Source of the DNA: Mobula hypostoma
Taxonomy: Eukaryota
DNA length: 64,000 nt
Direction: 5' to 3'
Assembly: GCF_963921235.1 (NCBI RefSeq)
Contig: NC_086102.1
Coordinates: forward strand, 34,782,001 to 34,846,000
Part shown: positions 38,619-51,300 of the stretch, one piece after another
Layout: each line of letters begins with the position of its first letter
Numbering within the stretch: position 1 is the stretch's first letter
The notes under the pieces: generated by a model
Told to the model about the DNA's origin: nothing
The model's input: only the letters and a program-made list of their open reading frames with translations
Databases searched by the model: none
Translations under genes and position numbers: made by a program

Positions 38619-39938
38619 CAGACATCCCACCCTGCAAAAACTCATTTCAGGGAGGTTAGCACCCCCACCCCCTCGCAACACCATATCCCACGCACCCCAC
38701 CCCCGCCCGTCGACCTCCAAGGGTGTATGTAATACTTTGTTTAGTGATTTTGTCTAATCTGTAAACCAAGTTGGGTATATGCAGCAAATGCGACATTAAA
38801 ATATGTGCTTATATTATCATGTTTATTCTATTACAACCTTAAGCAAGTCTACAGGGAGTTTGGCCTCATCACGTAGGACATCAATAGCGTAGCTCCTTAG
38901 CAGCTAGCCAGCTAGTTTAAATAACGTTAGCTATGCTGTAATGACACCTGTTAAACTCACCTCAACATGTCTTTTACATTTTAACCCACCATGGGCAATA
39001 GAAAAGTCACTGTTGCAAACAGTGCAGCGAGCAACACTGTCATTATTTTTGAGGTCGACTGTAAAACCCGCCCACAGAGAAAACTGATAGGTCTACTTAG
39101 CAGGGGTCCCCAACATTTTTTGCACCGCAGACCGTTTTAATATTGATAATATTCTTGCGGACCGGCTGACCCGGGGCGGGGGGCGGTGGTTGTTAATCAC
39201 GACCGGAATATAGGTGATAAGTCAATAGCATCATAACATTTTAAGTAACGTTTCGATATTAAACACACAGCACATATTTTCCACGTTTGAACAGATAAAA
39301 TCATTGCAACACACCAATATTGCTGAATCAGTACGAGCCCTGGGCTTGTTTTCCTGCAACAAGGCGGTCCCATCGAGGGGTGAGGGGAGACAGCGATACT
39401 CGAAGGGGGGTCCTTATGTCCAGTCTATTCCACAATTTAGTTTTCGTTGCATTCATTGCAGAAAACTCCGCTTCGCAGCGATATGATGTTGGAAATGGAA
39501 GCAACGTTTTCAGTGCTTTCGTGGCTATCTCAGGATATTTAGCCTTGACTTTGATCCAGAATGCCGGCAGAGATGTTATGTCAAACAAACTTTTCAGCCC
39601 GCCGTCATTTATAAGCTCGAGGAGTCGATCTTCTTCCCGCGATGACATGGATGACGCGCGCGTAATGATCTTGCGTGCGTTCAAGTTCAACAGTGCTTGA
39701 CAGGGAATGAGGAAAGGTGCAAATGACTCATATCGTTACATATCGCCAAATCATATTGTTTCCTCACGGCCCGGTGGTTGGGGACCACTCTCAGCACGAA
39801 GAGAGATCAATCAGGATGCTCACTCTCCCTCTCAAAAAAAATCTATTTCCGGGATATTGTATATAATTTCCGGGCATCAGGGAGCCACTATCGATATGCG
39901 GGAGACTCCCGGATCTTCCGGGAGAGGTGGTATGTCTG
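38619..39938. mobile_element. Non-autonomous DNA transposon with 13-bp TIR and 6-bp TSD
   Basis: CAGACATCCCACC...GGTGGTATGTCTG; CTATAA on both sides (38613-38618, 39939-39944). Confidence 0.75.
39101..39790 (-). mobile_element. hAT-Charlie deletion derivative nested in the previous element
   Basis: TIRs CAGGGGTCCCCAAC / GTTGGGGACCACT; dimerisation-domain remnant FWIKVKAKYPEIATKALKTLLPFPTSYRCEAEFS. Confidence 0.88.
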
Positions 39939-40569
39939 CTATAATACTAATTAATACTGCCAATAAAATGCCATTGCTTGTTGCTAAAAGAACTTAGTAC
40001 TATAAGAGGTATACATAAGTTATATTGAGAATTAATGAGAACTGTAATGTGTAGAGCAGGGGTTCCTGAACTGTTTTTAATCAAAGGTAGCCTTTTCGTA
40101 TTCCATTTTCCTTGCAAATTACATTCCCAGAATTGCACAAGTTGGAAAATGATCTAGTTTGCCCTCAACTTGTTGTTCACTAACCCCTTCACCTTCCTTC
40201 TGCCTGATACTTGATGTGACTATATATATACCGAGTCAAGATTGCACAAAAGAGCAAACTTTCGTAGACACTGGCCCGCCCTTTATAATCATGAATGTGT
40301 TAATTTCGGTCCACATTGTTCAAGCAACGGTAATTGAGCCCACTGAGTCACTGTGGTAAAGCACATTACTGTACAGTTCATTCATGCCTTCTGGATAATT
40401 TGGGGATTAACCAATTGAATACACAAGAACATATAAAATTTAGTACTGGCATCGTGAATTTCCAGTGGCCAGAGATGAATACTGTGGTTTTGCCTTGTTC
40501 ATCGATCCAATAAGGCTATCAATCAGCCTGGCACTTTTCTGTCATGACTCCTGTCACAGTAATAGCACT

Positions 40570-42080
40570 TCAAATGAGAAGGCCTTGGCGAGCAGGATCA
40601 AGGAAAACCCCAAGGCATTCTACAAGAATGTGAAGAGAAAGAGGATAAGACGTGAGAGAATAGGACCAATCAAGTGTGACAGTGGAAAAGTGTATGGAAC
40701 CGGAGGAGATAGCAGAGGTACTTAATGAATACTTTGCTTCAGTATTCACTACGGAAAAGGATCTTGGCGATTGTAGGGATGACTTATAGCGGACTGAAAA
40801 GCTTGAGATATTAAGGAAGAGGATGTGCTGGAGCTTTTGGAAAGCATCAAGTTGGATAAGTCACCGGGATCAGTCGAGATGTACCCCAGGCTACTGTGGG
40901 AGGTGAGGGAGGAGATTTCTGAGCCTCTGGTGTTTTGCATCATCAACGGGGATGGGAGAGGTTCTGGAGGATTGGAGGGTTGTGGATGTTGTTTCCTTAT
41001 TCAAGAAAGGGAGTAGAGATAGCCCAGGAAATTATAGACCAGTGAGTCTTACTTCAAGTTGGTAAGTTGATGGAGAAGATCCTGAGGCAGGATTTGTGAA
41101 TATTTGGACAGGCATAATATGATTAGGAATAGTCAGTATGGCTTTGTCAAGGGCAGGTTGTGCTTTACGAGCCGGATTGAATTTTTTTGAGGATGTGACT
41201 AAACACATTGATGAAGGTAGGTGTAGTGTATATGGATTTCAGCAAGGCATTTGATAAGGTACCCCATGCAAGGCTTATTGAGAAAGTAAGGAGGCATGGG
41301 TTCCAAGGGGACATTGCTTTGTGTATCCAGAACTGGCTTACCCACAGAAGGCAAAGAGCGGTTGCAGATGGGTCATATTCTGCATGGAGGTCGGTGACCA
41401 GTGGTGTGCCTCAGGGATCTGTTCTGGGACTCCTTCTCTTCGTGATTCTTATAAATGACCTGGATGAGGAAGGGAGGGATGAGTTAGTAAGTTTGCTGAT
41501 GACACAAAGGTTGGGGGTGTTGTGGATAGTGTGGAGGGCTGACAGAGGTTACAGCAGGACATTGATAGGATGCAAAACTGGGCTGAGAAGTGGCAGATGC
41601 AGTTCAACACAGATATGTGTGAGGTGGTAGGTCAACTATGATGGCAGAATATAGCATTAATGGTAAGACTCCTGGCAGTATGGAGGATCAGAGGGATCTT
41701 GGGGTCCGAGTCCATGGAACACTCAAAGCTGCTACACAGGTTGACTCTGTGGTTAAGAAGGCATACAGTGCAATGGGCTTCATCAATTGTGGGATTGAGT
41801 TTAAGAGCCAAGAAGTAATGTTGCAGCTATATAGGACCCTGGTCAGTCCCCACTTGGAATACTGTGCTCAGTTCTGGTTACCTCACTACAGGAAGGATGT
41901 GGAAACCATAGAAGGGTGCAGAGGAGACTTACAAGGATGTTGCCTGGATTGGGGAGCATGCCTTATGCGAATAGGTTGAGTGAACTCGGCTTTGCTCCTT
42001 GGAATGATGGAGGATGAGAGGTGACCTGATAGAGGTGTATAAGATGAGAGGCATTGATCATGTGGATAGTCAGAGGCTTT
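40570..42080 (+). mobile_element. CR1 RT fragment
   Basis: [43 protein letters not shown]. Confidence 0.9.
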
Positions 42081-42189
42081 AATACAAATTATTAGAACTA
42101 AGACCTCTAAGAGACTAAAGTGCTGTTTCTAGAGATGCTGCCCAATCACAGTGCGTGCAACATTTTCTAGTTTTTTTTCCAGATTTACA

Positions 42190-43380
42190 GTTCAAAATCA
42201 GATCAGGTTTATTATCACTGATGTCATTAAATTTGATTAGTGGCAGCAGTACAAGACAGAATTTGTTGTTACAAAAATAATGTAAAAGACAAAATGATGT
42301 AGTGCTTATGGGGTCACTTTGAAATCTAAATAGCTATTTCTGAATCATTGAGCACAACTCTTCGAGCTCCTACATGATGGTAATGAGAAAAGGTACGTCC
42401 CGTGTCTTGATGATGGATGTTGCCTTCATTGAGGCATCTTGAAGGTATCATTAGTGGACCTGGTTGTGCCAGTGAGAGTTGGCTGCATCTACAGTTCATA
42501 CCAGCCTCTTTCAATCCTGCAGTGGAGCCTCCATACCAAGCAGTGATGTGACCAGTCAGAACGCTCTCCACGGTACATTAGTAGAAATCTCTGGTGACAT
42601 ACAAAATTTTAAGTTCCTAATGATGTAGAGGCAGTGGCATTTTTTTTTCATGATTTCATCAATGTTTCAGGCCTGAGATCGATCATCCCAAGATGCTGAT
42701 GCCCAGGAACTTGGAGCTACTCTCCATTTCCACTACTAACCCCTCAATGAGGACTGATAAGTTTCCCCCCAATTTTCACTCCCTTAAGTCCATCAATTCC
42801 TTGAACTTGATGAGGTTCTTGTTGCAGTCCCGCTCAACCATCCTCTACACTTCCTCATTGCCATTTGAAATTTTGCTAACAAAAGCAAATTTATAGATGG
42901 TATTTAAGCTATGCCTAGCCTTACAGAGAGCAGAACAATGAACATAGAATCTACAGCACATTACAGGCCCTTCACCCCACAATGTTGTGCTGATCATGTA
43001 ACCTACTCTAGAAACTACCTAGAATTTCCCTAGTGTATAGCCCTCTATTTTCCTAAGATCCATGTACCTATGTAAGAGGCAACACCTATTGTATCTGCTT
43101 CCACCGCCGCTGCCCACTGTACATTCCATGCATCCACCACTGTGAAAAACAATGAGCTAAGTACACATCCTTAAGGTGTAGCTATGCCGGTTGTTAGCGA
43201 AATGTTATCACTGACTAGTCTGATGAGGAAGTCAAAGATCCAGCTACAGAGGGAGATATAGCAGCCCAGATTTTGAACCTTGTTGATTAGTACTGAGGGG
43301 CTGATAAGTGTTGAACGCCAAACAGTAAACCACGTTTTGCTGTATGTGGTTTTTGATTCTTTGGAACTTTTCCTCAAATG
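42190..43380 (-). mobile_element. Decayed Rex1-like LINE with a nested CR1 tail (about 42940-43145)
   Basis: ESVLTGHITAWYG; SLCSWIFDFL. Confidence 0.65.
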
Positions 43381-44355
43381 CAGTGAAAGCAAGAATCATT
43401 GAGTATTTTTAAGCTTGTTGACAGACAAGAGTGAAATATTAAACAATGCAGGAGACCACAATTTATTTCATCAGTTTGAAGCCAACTCGGGAGCAATATT
43501 GCTAATTCTTCCTTTTCTCACAACAATCTGCTGGAGGAACTGATGGAAATTTGCACCCATCCTTTCAGTTTCTTATCCAATAGTTACCTTGCATTTTGCC
43601 AGTAAGTGTTAAAAATTAACTTTGTTTTTCTTACAGCCTGTTAACCCACCAGCATCTTTTTGTAACATGGGAAGAAACTGGAGAACCCAGCAACAATGTA
43701 CATACAAATACAGAGAAGTTCTGGAGATAGTACTCATGGTTGTAATCATGCCACCCTACAGTCAAACCTCTCATGTCCCAAGCCCTTTTCTTTTCTCTAA
43801 TGCCACTGGTCTCATTCCTTCTGAACAAGGTAGGGCAATCTTCTCGTTCTCTCGCACATTGCGTGTATTTAGGTAAATAATCCCCCCATATCAACTTGGC
43901 ACATTAGGCCATTTTTCTCTGCAAGGGGTTTCATGGCTTTCTGTTCTAAAAAGCTGCAACATTTAGTTGAAGTTCATAAAACAACAAAATTCCCTTAACC
44001 ATTGATCAAGCCAACCATTAAATCCTGATCGCTTTTAAGACATTCCATAAACACAAATAGTATGAGCACCGACTACTTGCCACACACACTCCATCTTTTA
44101 TACCCCACCAGTGATAGCAATTCAATATCGCCAAGCTGAACAGAAATGATAAAAAAAAAGGGTTTCGGTCCATTTATAGGACAAGTCTGCAAAGGACCAT
44201 CAGCTATATTCCAACCACTCTGACCGTTCTCTCTTTAAAATACATGAAGGTACTAAGATATCAGTTAACATGGCCCAATTTCAAAGATGTACACACAAAA
44301 GTTAACTTTTGGCTGAATCAGTAAGATCAAAAACACCACCAGAAGTTATTCAGGC

Positions 44356-44361
44356 TTTATT
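44356..44361 (-). terminator. RPL24 poly(A) signal
   Basis: AATAAA 25 nt after the stop, followed by GT/T-rich sequence; short 3' UTR is typical of ribosomal protein genes. Confidence 0.85.
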
Positions 44362-44386
44362 TTACAACATACAACTGTAGGTTCTT

Positions 44387-44467
44387 TCAGCGTTTTCCAC
44401 CAACACGCGGAGCCTGAGACTTCATCGGCTTGGCAAATTTCTGTTTCGGTGCCGTTTTCTGAGCAGC
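44387..44467 (-). CDS. RPL24: RPL24 exon 6 (stop)
   Basis: AAQKTAPKQKFAKPMKSQAPRVGGKR-TGA; total CDS 474 nt = 157 aa. Confidence 0.96.
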   Translation of the reverse strand, partial: AAQKTAPKQKFAKPMKSQAPRVGGKR

Positions 44468-45211
44468 CTAGAAACAAGTGTAGAAGTGGTGAAATGGATA
44501 CCAATTCTGAAATTTATATTAACATGTTTAGAGTATCAGTAGATCCATTATTCCACATAAACGACCCCCCCCAAAGCTATCGATTTTTGTCATCTACTTT
44601 TCCTCTTAAATTTATGCAATCTTCCTCACCTACTCAAGCAGCTCATGGATTCTACTCACTCTGGGAAAGCCTCTTTCAAATTTGCCACTGTTATTTACAC
44701 TATCAGTAACCCAGTTACATTTCCTACATCAGGTTATAGTACCAGAGAAATAATCTCGCACATCTATGCTGTCAAGGTCAAGACTGGTTGCCTCTTTTAC
44801 TCTCCTGGACAGAGTACCCTAGCTTTCTCAAAATTTACTGATACAGCACCAATTTGGTATCTTCACTGCAAAATCATTTTCACTTTCTTCAGTCCCACCA
44901 ATTTTCTAATCCAAGAATCATTTAAACGAATGTGGTTGTACGAAATTGCTTGCATAAAAAATCTCACCTTTAGTAAAAATATTACTACACTACTAAATTT
45001 TAATGTGATTCCAGATTTTCATTCTTCCATCCCATAAAAAAGCAACTTGCATAAATGTTTCATCATATTACTAGTAAATGTTTTATCTATTACTAGTAAA
45101 TCATACATCTCAATTACATGTCCATTTCTCCAAAGATTATTAATGTCCTGTTGTCGCAGTCCTTTATATAACGAGCACCTTCACAATTAGAAAACAGTAA
45201 GAATTTCATAC

Positions 45212-45275
45212 CTTGGCCGTAGGTGCGCTGACTTTCTTTGTTGCAGCTTTGGCTTTCTTAGCCTCCTTGGCAGCT
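45212..45275 (-). CDS. RPL24: RPL24 exon 5
   Basis: AAKEAKKAKAATKKVSAPTAK; AACAG| and |GTATG; 64 nt. Confidence 0.94.
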
Positions 45276-45807
45276 CTGTTATCAAAATAAAAATGCGAGA
45301 AGCTTCAGTAATGTTTTTCATTTAATTTCTCCCTATTCCCCCCAATCAATTTTTTTCCTCTACTACCTTGTGTCTGTAATCAAAGAGGATTAACTTTAAA
45401 TGTTTATTCTTCATAGATGATAGATGCTTCTCAATCTGATGTGCAATGATTTTCTTTTACTCTAACATTACCGACACTTTATCCACGAATACCCAGCACG
45501 AAGCCTTGCTCCTCTTTTTGGCAAGCTACCTTCATTTGTTTTCCTTCTTACCTTCTGCCAGAATGCTTTCACCTACATATTATCTCCTGTCAGCAACAGA
45601 CCTGGGTTGTTTCACACACGCAACTGAAATTCCATTTGTCAGATCTTAGATTCACCTTTCATTTCAGATGTCTCCTAGATTATTCTGCAATCTTAAATGT
45701 TCCTCATCACATCCTTAGATTTATGTTCAGTGACTTACATCATTTCATCCACAATAAATTACTCAGCAGCATAAAATCACCTCAAAATTATCTCCTGCAA
45801 TCCTATA

Positions 45808-47345
45808 TCGACGGAGGATGAGAGGTGACCTGATAGAGGTGTACAAGATGAAGACTGTGTGGATAGTCAGAGGCTTTTCCCCAGGGCTGAAATGGGTAGC
45901 ACAAGAGGGCATAGTTTTAAGATGCTTGGAAGTAGGTACAGAAGAGATGTCAGGGTTAAGTCATTTTTTACGCAGAGAGAGTGGTGAGTGCGTGGAATGG
46001 GCTGCCAGTGGCGGAGGCGAAAATGATAGGGTGTTTTAAGACCGGTCTCTAACCACCAGGCTGCAAAGCATGTGCTACTGGGCCGCAAGGAAACGATATG
46101 AGTCAGCTGCACCTTTCCTCATTCCCTGTCATGGCCACTGTTGAGCTTGAACGCACGTGAGGTCATTACACACACGTCATCCATATCAGCGCAGGAAGAA
46201 GATCAACTCCTCGAGCTTTCAAATGATGACGGGCTGAAAAGTATGTTTGACATAACATCTCTGCCGACATTCTGGATCAAAGTCAAGGCTAAATATCCTG
46301 AGATAGCCATGAAAGCACTGAAAACGTTGCTTCCATTTCCAACATATCTCTGCAATAAATGCAATGAAAACTAAATTGCAGAATAGACTAGACATAAGGA
46401 ACCCCCATCGAGTATCGCTGTCTCCCATCACCCCTCGATAGGACCGTCTTGTTGCAGGAAAACAAGCCCAGGGTTCCCACTGATTCAGTGATATTGGTGT
46501 GTTGCAATGATTTTATATGTTCATACGGGGAAAATATGTGCTGTATGTTTAATATCCAAACGTTATTTAAAATGTTATGATGCTATTGACTTATAAGTGA
46601 CTGATATAACCATATAACAATTACAGCACGGAAACAGGCCATCTCTGCCCTTCTAGTCCGTGCCGAACGCTACTCTCATCTCGTCCCACCGACCTGTACT
46701 CAGCCCATAACCCTCCATTCCTGTCCTGTCCATATACCTATCCAATTTTTCTTTAAATGATATCGAACCTGCCTCTACCACTTCTACTAGAAGTTCGTTC
46801 AACACTTAATTCAAGCTCCCCTGTCCTCCAGATAATTGACTTATCACTCTATTCATGCGAGGAAAATATGCGCTGCGTTTAATATTAAATTCCTTAGATA
46901 AACCCTTTTAGAAACAAAATTGAGCACAGTAGCCACTTATCATCTATATTCCGGTCGTGATTAACACCCCCCGGAACAGAATCGCCAAAAACGATTTGCA
47001 GAAAAAAAAAATCGGCACATACACACATGCGCACTGGTGCCCATGCAAGGCTTCATGGTCATTGTAGTCTTTCTCGGGGTAAGCATAACGTATCTGACTG
47101 CTACTCTTGTCCGTTGGCAACTCTACGCCCCCCCCCCCCGCCCGGGTCGGACAGTCCGCAAGAATATTGTAAATATTAAACCGGTCCGCAGTGCAAAAAA
47201 GGTTGGGGACCCCTGGATGGATACATGGAGCTTAGAAAAATAGAGAGCTTTGGGTAAGCCTAGGTAGTTCTAAGATAAGGAGATGTTTGGCACAACTTTG
47301 TGGGCCAAAGGGCCTGTATTGTACTGTAGGTTTTCTATGTTTCTC
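45808..47345 (+). mobile_element. CR1 3' end interrupted by a Charlie derivative (about 46040-47215), itself holding a CR1 tail (about 46610-46805)
   Basis: MRGDLIEVYK; ORF 46141-46374 is the same family as 39328-39690; TIR GTTGGGGACCCCTG at about 47202-47215. Confidence 0.85.
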
Positions 47346-48350
47346 TATCCTAATTCATGTCATCAGATATTTCAACAAAGCATTCTATGGCAACTAGAAT
47401 TGTAACCTGCAACAATTCTTGGGTACTACAGAAGCTTTGTCAGCAAATCCTTCCTTCTGGTCTTGCCCTTTATCGTTCACTTTCTGGACCCGAGAGGGCT
47501 AAAATAAAGATTGCAACTTCATTCTCTATGTATTAAGCGTTGCTTCTTTGGCCAAGGGCATCCCACTTCCAACCCTCAGATGACCATTTTATCATATTAA
47601 ATTTAAACATCACTCTTGATCATTTCAATGCAAATGACATTGACCATACACTGAACATTCTTCCTCTCACTTTTACGATCCAATCTTTCCTGACTCCATT
47701 GTTTGCCAAATCAGGCTCTTCCTTGTAGATTGAAAGCAAACTTGCCAGCACTTCCTTCTATCTCCCCATATCGTAAACTCACCAAACACCATGCCCATCT
47801 CTCCAAAGTGGTCCCAACTTTTTAAAGGTCATTCATCTACAAAACCCTCAATGCCATTCCCTTTAATTCAACAAGATACTTACTTCCTGTTCATAATCAC
47901 AGATCTATTTTGCCCTGGCGGTGATATTGTTCAGATAGTTTTGGTGTAAGCTGTTTTATCCACCTCCCTCTGTTTTACTTGTAATAGATTGTTTCACTTT
48001 TCTAACCATTCACCCACTGTACATGACCCCACATCCTTACTCTCGAGACCTACTCCCAGATCTGAAGACCACACAAAGGTGGCTTTATTGTCCTATTCTC
48101 CATAACTTGGCTGAACTCGCTGTCATATTTGACCTCTCTAAATGAGAGCATGACCACCCTCTTCTCACTGCTACCATCAAGGTGGTAAAGGAGCCTCAGG
48201 GCCCATACCACCAGGTTCAGGAACAGCTATTACCCCTCAACCATCAGACTTTTGAACCAGTGGGATAACTTCACTCAATTTGACTTGTCCCATCAATAAA
48301 CTATTCCCGCAACCTATGGACTCACTTTCAAGGACCCTTCATATCATGTT

Positions 48351-51300
48351 AGAAACCACAGAAACCATAGAAACTACAGCACAGAAACAGGCCTTTTGGC
48401 CCTTCTTGGCTGTGCCGAACCATTTTCTGCCTAGTCCCACTGACCTGCACACGGACCATATCCCTCCATACACCTCCCATCCATGTATCTGTCCAATTTA
48501 TTCTTAAATGTTAAAAAAGAACCCACATTTACCACCTCGTCTGGCAGCTCATTCCATACTCCCACCACTCTCTGTGTGAAGAAGCCCCTGCTAATGTTCC
48601 CTTTAAACCCCGCCCCCTCACCCTTAACCCATGTCCTCTGGTTTTTTTCTTCCCTTGCCTCAGTGGAAAAAGCCTGCTTGCATTCACTCTATCTATACCC
48701 ATCATAATTTTATATACCTCTATCAAATCTCCCCTCATTCTTCTACGCTCCAAGGAATAAAGTCCTAACCTATTCAACCTTTCTCTGTAACTGAGTTTCT
48801 CAAGTCCCGGCAACATCCTTGTAAACCTTCTCTGCACTCTTTCAACCTTACTTATATCCTTCCTGTAATTTGGTGACCAAAACTGAACACAATACTCCAG
48901 ATTCGGCCTCACCAATGCCTTATACAACCTCATCATAACATTCCAGCTCTTATACTCAATACTTTGATTAATAAAGGCCAATGTACCAAAAGCTCTCTTT
49001 ACGACCCTATCTACCTGTGACGCCACTTTTAGGGAATTTTGTATCTGTATTCCCAGATCCCTCTGTTCCACTGCACTCCTCAGTGCCTTACCATTAACCC
49101 TGTATGTTCTACCTTGGTTTGTCCTTCCAATGTGCAATACCTCACACTTGTCAGTATTAAACTCCATCTGCCATTTTTCAGCCCATTTTTCCAGCTGGTC
49201 CAAGTCCCCCTCTGCAGGCTTTGAAAACCTTCCTCACTGTCTACTACACCTCCAATCTTTGTATCATCAGCAAACTTGCGGATCCAATTTACCACATTAT
49301 CATCGAGATCATTGATATAGATGACAAATAACAATGGACCCAGCACTGATCCCTGTGGCACACCACTAGTCACAGGCCTCCACTCAGAGAAGCAATTCTC
49401 TACCACCACTCTCTTGCTTCTTCCATCGAGCCAATGTCTAATCCAATTTACCACCTCTCCATGTATACCTAGCGACTGAATTTTCCTAACTAACCTCCCA
49501 TGCGGGACCTTGTCAAAGGCCTTACTGAAATCCACGTAGACAATATCCACCGCCTTCCCTTCATCCACTTTCCTGGTAACCTCCTCGAAAAACTCCAATA
49601 GATTGGTCAAACATGACCTACCACGCACAAAGCCATGTTGACTCTCCCTAATAAGTCCCTGTCTATCCAAATGCTTGTAGATTCTGTCTCTTAGTAGATT
49701 CTGTCTCTTAGTACTCCCTCCAATAACTTACCTACTACCGACATTAAACTTACTGGCCTATAATTTCCCAGATTACTTTTCGATCCTTTTTTAAACAACG
49801 GAACAACATGAACCACTCTCCAATCCTCCAGCACCTCACCTGTAGACAGCGACATTTTAAACATTTCAGCCAGGGCCCCTGCAATTTCAACACTAGTCTC
49901 CTTCAAGGTCCGAGGGAACACCCTGTCAGGTCCCGGGGATTTATCCACTTTAATTTTCCTCAAGACAGCAAGGACCTCCTCCTTTTCGATCTGTACAGTT
50001 TCCATGATCTCACTACTTGTTTCCCTTAATTCCATAGACTTCATGCCAGTTTCCTTAGTAAATACAGACGCAAAAAACCTATTTAAGATCGCCCCCATTT
50101 CCTTTGGTTCCGCACATAGCTGACCACTCTGATCTTCAAGAGGACCAATTTTATCCCTTACAATCCTTTTGCTCTTAATATATCTGTAAAAGCTCTTTGG
50201 ATTATCCTTCACTTTGACTGCCAAGGCAACCTCATGTCTTCTTTTAGCCCTCCTGATTTCTTTCTTAAGTATTTTCTTGCACTTCTTATACTCCTCAAGC
50301 ACCTGATTTACCCCGTTTCCTATACATTTCATACAACTCTCTCTCCTTCTTTATCAGAGTGGCAATATCCCTTGAGAACCAAGGTTCCTTATTCCTAACG
50401 AAGGGTCTCGGCCTGAAACGTCGACTGCGCCTCTTCCTATAGATGCTGCTTGGCCTGCTGCGTTCACCAGCAACTTTGATGTATGTTCCTTATTCCTATT
50501 CAATTTGCCTTTAATCCTGACAGGAACATAGAAACTCTGCACTCTCAAAATTTCCCCTTTGAAAGCTTCCCACCTACCAATCACATCTTTGCCAGAGAAC
50601 AACCTGTCCCAATCCACGCTTTTTAGATCCTTTCTCATTTCTTCAAATTTGGCCTTCTTCCAGTTCAGAACCTCAACCCTAGGACCAGATCTATCCTTGT
50701 CCATGATCAAATTGAAACTAATGGTGTTACGATCACTGGAACCAAAGTGCTCCCCTACACAGACTTCTGTCACTTGCCCTAATTTGTTTCCTAACAGGAG
50801 ATCCAATATTGCATCCCCTCTAGTTGGTCCCTCTATATATTGATTTAGAAAACTTTCCTGAACACATTTTACAAACTCTAAACCATCTAGACCCCTAATA
50901 GTATGGGAGTCCCAATCAATGTATGGAAAATTAAAATCCCCTACCACCACAACTTTATGTTTCCTGCAGTTGCCTGCTATCTCTCTGCAGATTTGCTCTT
51001 CCAAGTCTCGTTGACTATTGGGTGGTCTGTAATACAATCCCATTAATGTGGCCATACCTTTCCTGTTTCTCAGCTCCACCCATAAGGACTCAGTAGACAA
51101 GCCCTCTAATCTGTCCTGCCTGAGCACTGATGTAATATTTTCCCTAACAAGCAATGCTACTCCCCCACCTTTCATTCCTCTGCCTTGATCACATCTGAAA
51201 CATCGGAACCCTGGAATATTAAGCTGCCAGTCCTGCCCCTCCTATAGCCAAGTTTCACTAATTGCTATAACATCATAATTCCACGTGTCAATCCATGCCC

